DNA from: a virus
Taxonomy: Duplodnaviria > Caudoviricetes
Virus record (IMG/VR): IMGVR_UViG_3300032330_001469
Span: 1-36,431 of that record
Strand: one strand, 5' to 3'
Length of the DNA stretch: 36,431 bases
Shown: positions 34,040 through 36,431 of the stretch, one piece after another
Layout of the letters: each line of letters starts with the position of its first letter
Position numbering within the stretch: position 1 is the stretch's first letter
The notes under the pieces: generated by a model
The model's database searches: none
The model's input: the letters and a program-made list of their open reading frames with translations, nothing else
What the model was told of the DNA's origin: nothing
Position numbers and translations under genes: made by a program

Positions 34040-34725
34040 TGTCGAAGACCTACACCGAGTTCGTCGCCATGCTGGGCAACCACATGGTCACCGATACCAC
34101 CGACCCCGACTTCGTCGCCATCCTACCCAGGATCATCGAGGCGGCCGAGATGCGGATATACCGCGACCTCGACCTGCCCGGCACCCGGAAGACCACCAGC
34201 CCGGCCGCGCTGACCAACGGCGTCGCCGCCATCGCCCGGCCGGCCGACATGGTCTTCCTGCGCGACGCCTGGATCACCTCGGGCAACACCCGCATCGAGT
34301 TGCAGCGGCGCGACGAGACGTTCCTGCGCGGCTACTGGCCAGACCCGACCCAGACCGGCACGCCGAAGTACATCGCGGTGCATGACGACGGCACGCTCCA
34401 GATCGCGCCGACGCCGACCGCCGGGCTGACCTACACGCTGTTCTACACTTACCGGCCGACACCGCTGTCGAGCGGCAACCCGACGACATGGATCACCACC
34501 TTCTACCCCGACCTGATGGACTACGCCGCGCTGGTCTACGCCAGCGGCTTCCAGAAGAACTTCGGTGCGGTTGGCGCGGTCGATGACGCCCAGGCCGGCG
34601 GCACCTGGGGCGCGCTCTACCTGTCGGGGTTGGCGGTGGCCAAGACGGAGATGTCGCTCGACAAGAGCTTCGGTCCCTTCGACCACACCCCGACGCCGCC
34701 CGTCGCCGCCAACACCAACGCCTGA
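34039..34725 (+). CDS. Probable tail adaptor/tubular protein
   Basis: LPRIIEAAEMRIYRDL, TGTPKY, IAPTP, PTTWI...PDL..YAAL. Confidence 0.7.
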   Translation: MSKTYTEFVAMLGNHMVTDTTDPDFVAILPRIIEAAEMRIYRDLDLPGTRKTTSPAALTNGVAAIARPADMVFLRDAWITSGNTRIELQRRDETFLRGYWPDPTQTGTPKYIAVHDDGTLQIAPTPTAGLTYTLFYTYRPTPLSSGNPTTWITTFYPDLMDYAALVYASGFQKNFGAVGAVDDAQAGGTWGALYLSGLAVAKTEMSLDKSFGPFDHTPTPPVAANTNA

Positions 34726-34738
34726 AGGGGCCTGACCG

Positions 34739-35701
34739 ATGACCAGCGCCTATACCGCCAGCCTTCAGGTCGAGAAGCCCGGCAACGGCGACCAGCCCGC
34801 CACCTGGGGCCTGACCGCGAACCAGAGCTACGACCTGCTGGACGCCGCCATCGCCGGCGTCGCCACCATCGTGCTGACCACCTCGCAGACGCTGCCGATC
34901 AGCCAGGGCACCTCCAGCCCAGGCCGCAGCGCGGTGTTGGTGTTCTCCGGCACGCCGGCTGCTGACTGCACGGTGACGCTGGACGCCAAGACCAAGAGCT
35001 ATCTGGCGCGCAACACCACCGCGAAGAACGTCATCCTGACCACCGGCGGCGGCAGCTCGGTGACCATCCCGGCCGGCCTGTCGATGCTGGTCTATTGCGA
35101 CGGCACCAACGTCGTGAAGATGACGGGCAGCTACAACCCGGCGACCGACGCGATCAGCGCCACGACCTTCCTGGGCAACATCACCGGCAACGTCACCGGC
35201 AACGTCACCGGCAACCTGACCGGCAACGTGGTGGCGGCGGCCGGCTCGGCGGCGGCGGCCAGCGTGCAGGTCGGCGCCACGGTCAATGGCCTCTACTCGC
35301 CGGGCGCCAACCAGCTCGGCTTCACCACCGGCGGCACTAACGCCGGCACCTTCGACGCCTCCGGCAACCTGACCGTGCGCGGCAACGTGACGTGGTCGAG
35401 CGACATCCGGCTGAAGCGCGACATCCGCCCGGCCAATGTCGGCCTCGCCCAGGCGCTGCGGATGCGGCCGGCGACATGGCTGCGGCACGATGGCCCGCGT
35501 CGCCAGCGCCGCCAGCTCGGGCTGATCGCGCAGGAGGCCAAGAGCGCCCACCCGCTGGCGGTCATCACCTCCGGCGACGGCATGCTGGCGATCAGCGCGG
35601 CCGGCATCAACGCGATCCTGCTGGGCGCCATCCACGACCTCAGCGAGGAGCTGGATGCGGTGAAGGCGCGGCTGCGCGCGGTGGAGCGCCGGCATGGCTG
35701 A
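34739..35701 (+). CDS. Tail fibre protein with a C-terminal peptidase S74 intramolecular chaperone
   Basis: N-terminal anchor (TWG..AN..YDLLDAAIAG), (GNVT)n repeats, SSDIRLKRDI...GLIAQE...P.AV...AI.DL coiled coil. Confidence 0.85.
   Translation: MTSAYTASLQVEKPGNGDQPATWGLTANQSYDLLDAAIAGVATIVLTTSQTLPISQGTSSPGRSAVLVFSGTPAADCTVTLDAKTKSYLARNTTAKNVILTTGGGSSVTIPAGLSMLVYCDGTNVVKMTGSYNPATDAISATTFLGNITGNVTGNVTGNLTGNVVAAAGSAAAASVQVGATVNGLYSPGANQLGFTTGGTNAGTFDASGNLTVRGNVTWSSDIRLKRDIRPANVGLAQALRMRPATWLRHDGPRRQRRQLGLIAQEAKSAHPLAVITSGDGMLAISAAGINAILLGAIHDLSEELDAVKARLRAVERRHG
35174..35230 (+). repeat. 12-bp tandem repeat encoding GN(I/V/L)T
   Basis: ggcaacatcacc ggcaacgtcacc ggcaacgtcacc ggcaacctgacc ggcaacgtg. 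Confidence 0.8.
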
Positions 35702-36416
35702 TCTGGAGACGGCCTACCTGACGGCAGCGGCCAAGGGCGGCGCTCCAGCATCGCGGTCGATGTCGGGCCTGACCGCATGGTGCCTCGCACGCGGCGCCGG
35801 CACGCTGACCGACGCGACCTCACTGAACAACTTCATCAACGCCTACTCGGGCGCCGGCAGCCAGGACAACACCACCCCAGGCACCGGCACCTTCACCGTG
35901 CCGTTCTACGCCACCCTGACCGTGCAGGTCTGGGGTGCTGGCGGCGGCGGCGGCGATGGGTGGAACACCAACGGCAGCGGCGGCGGGTGGTCGTGGTTCG
36001 GCGGTGTCACCGGCAGCGGCGGCAATGGCGGCATCTCCGGCGACGGTGGTGGTGCGGGCGGCGCCCCTGGCGGCGGCTCGAACGGCGACACCAACGCCTC
36101 CGGCGGCTATGGCGGCACTGGCGTCAATGGTGGCCCGGTGGGTGCGGGTGGCGGCTCGCCGACCGGCACCGGCTGGGGCCAGGGCGGCGCCGGCGGCCAG
36201 AATGTCTCCTGCGGCAAGGGTGGATGCAGCAACACCCTGGCCGGTGGTGGTGGTGGTGGCGGTGGCTATGCCGCGAAGACCTTCTACCCTGGCGACCTGA
36301 CCCCAGGCTCGGGTATTGGCTTTGGGGTTGGTGCCGGTGGTGCGCGGGGCGACAGCGGCACCTCAACCTTCGGCGTCGCGGGAACCGGCGGTCGCGTTCT
36401 CATCACATGGACCTGA
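35694..36416 (+). CDS. Glycine-rich tail/receptor-binding protein
   Basis: PGTGTFTVP...VQVWGAGGGGG...GGGGGGYAAKT...VGAGG...GGRVLITW. Confidence 0.75.
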   Translation: MADLETAYLTAAAKGGAPASRSMSGLTAWCLARGAGTLTDATSLNNFINAYSGAGSQDNTTPGTGTFTVPFYATLTVQVWGAGGGGGDGWNTNGSGGGWSWFGGVTGSGGNGGISGDGGGAGGAPGGGSNGDTNASGGYGGTGVNGGPVGAGGGSPTGTGWGQGGAGGQNVSCGKGGCSNTLAGGGGGGGGYAAKTFYPGDLTPGSGIGFGVGAGGARGDSGTSTFGVAGTGGRVLITWT

Positions 36417-36431
36417 CGCATGCCCGACATC

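Noticed and set aside
2690-35823. Many long minus-strand ORFs (e.g. 2690-4357, 16697-18151, 26837-28720, 28615-30453, 30227-31984)
   Set aside because: Antisense shadows of high-GC + strand genes with recognisable products; Arg/Gly/Ala-rich, no motifs or RBS
36240-36268. (GGT)n microsatellite
   Set aside because: Simply encodes the poly-Gly run of the Gly-rich tail protein; in frame, no sign of phase variation
1-36431. Stop-codon reassignment, tRNA genes, DGR, integrase
   Set aside because: Conserved genes are intact under code 11 and end in TGA, TAG or TAA; no cloverleaf, reverse transcriptase, TR/VR pair or recombinase recognised

Overview
All 36.4 kb appear to be part of a high-GC (~70% by eye) tailed dsDNA phage or prophage genome of an alphaproteobacterial host (GcrA homologue, alpha-type SSB and dUTPase, MmgR/suhB-like sRNA). 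Every credible gene is on the + strand, and many are translationally coupled. The order is: VRR-NUC, GcrA, YdaU/DUF1376 initiator with an internal iteron origin (1-2.7 kb); an early/accessory region (2.7-15.1 kb) divided by a repeated promoter-hairpin-RBS cassette and carrying DUF932, HicA-like, DUF6011, SSB, SPFH, NDT-like, extended dUTPase and RNAP alpha-CTD-like genes; an sRNA and a non-coding repeat array before TerS/TerL; portal, GroES-like and Tad2/DUF2829 genes with an island of small genes; scaffold, capsid, adaptor and tail fibre genes (probably podovirus-like). The most notable unexplained signals are (i) the dispersed early expression cassette, (ii) four low-complexity late proteins sharing a [FYL][AS]xGG motif (three also have [MV]N[NR]SGR), one of which carries a TonB-box-like sequence, (iii) a phage-borne anti-Shine-Dalgarno sRNA, and (iv) two host transcription mimics (GcrA, alpha-CTD). 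No integrase, lysis gene, tRNA or CRISPR array is recognisable. All family calls come from motif recognition by eye, not database searches.
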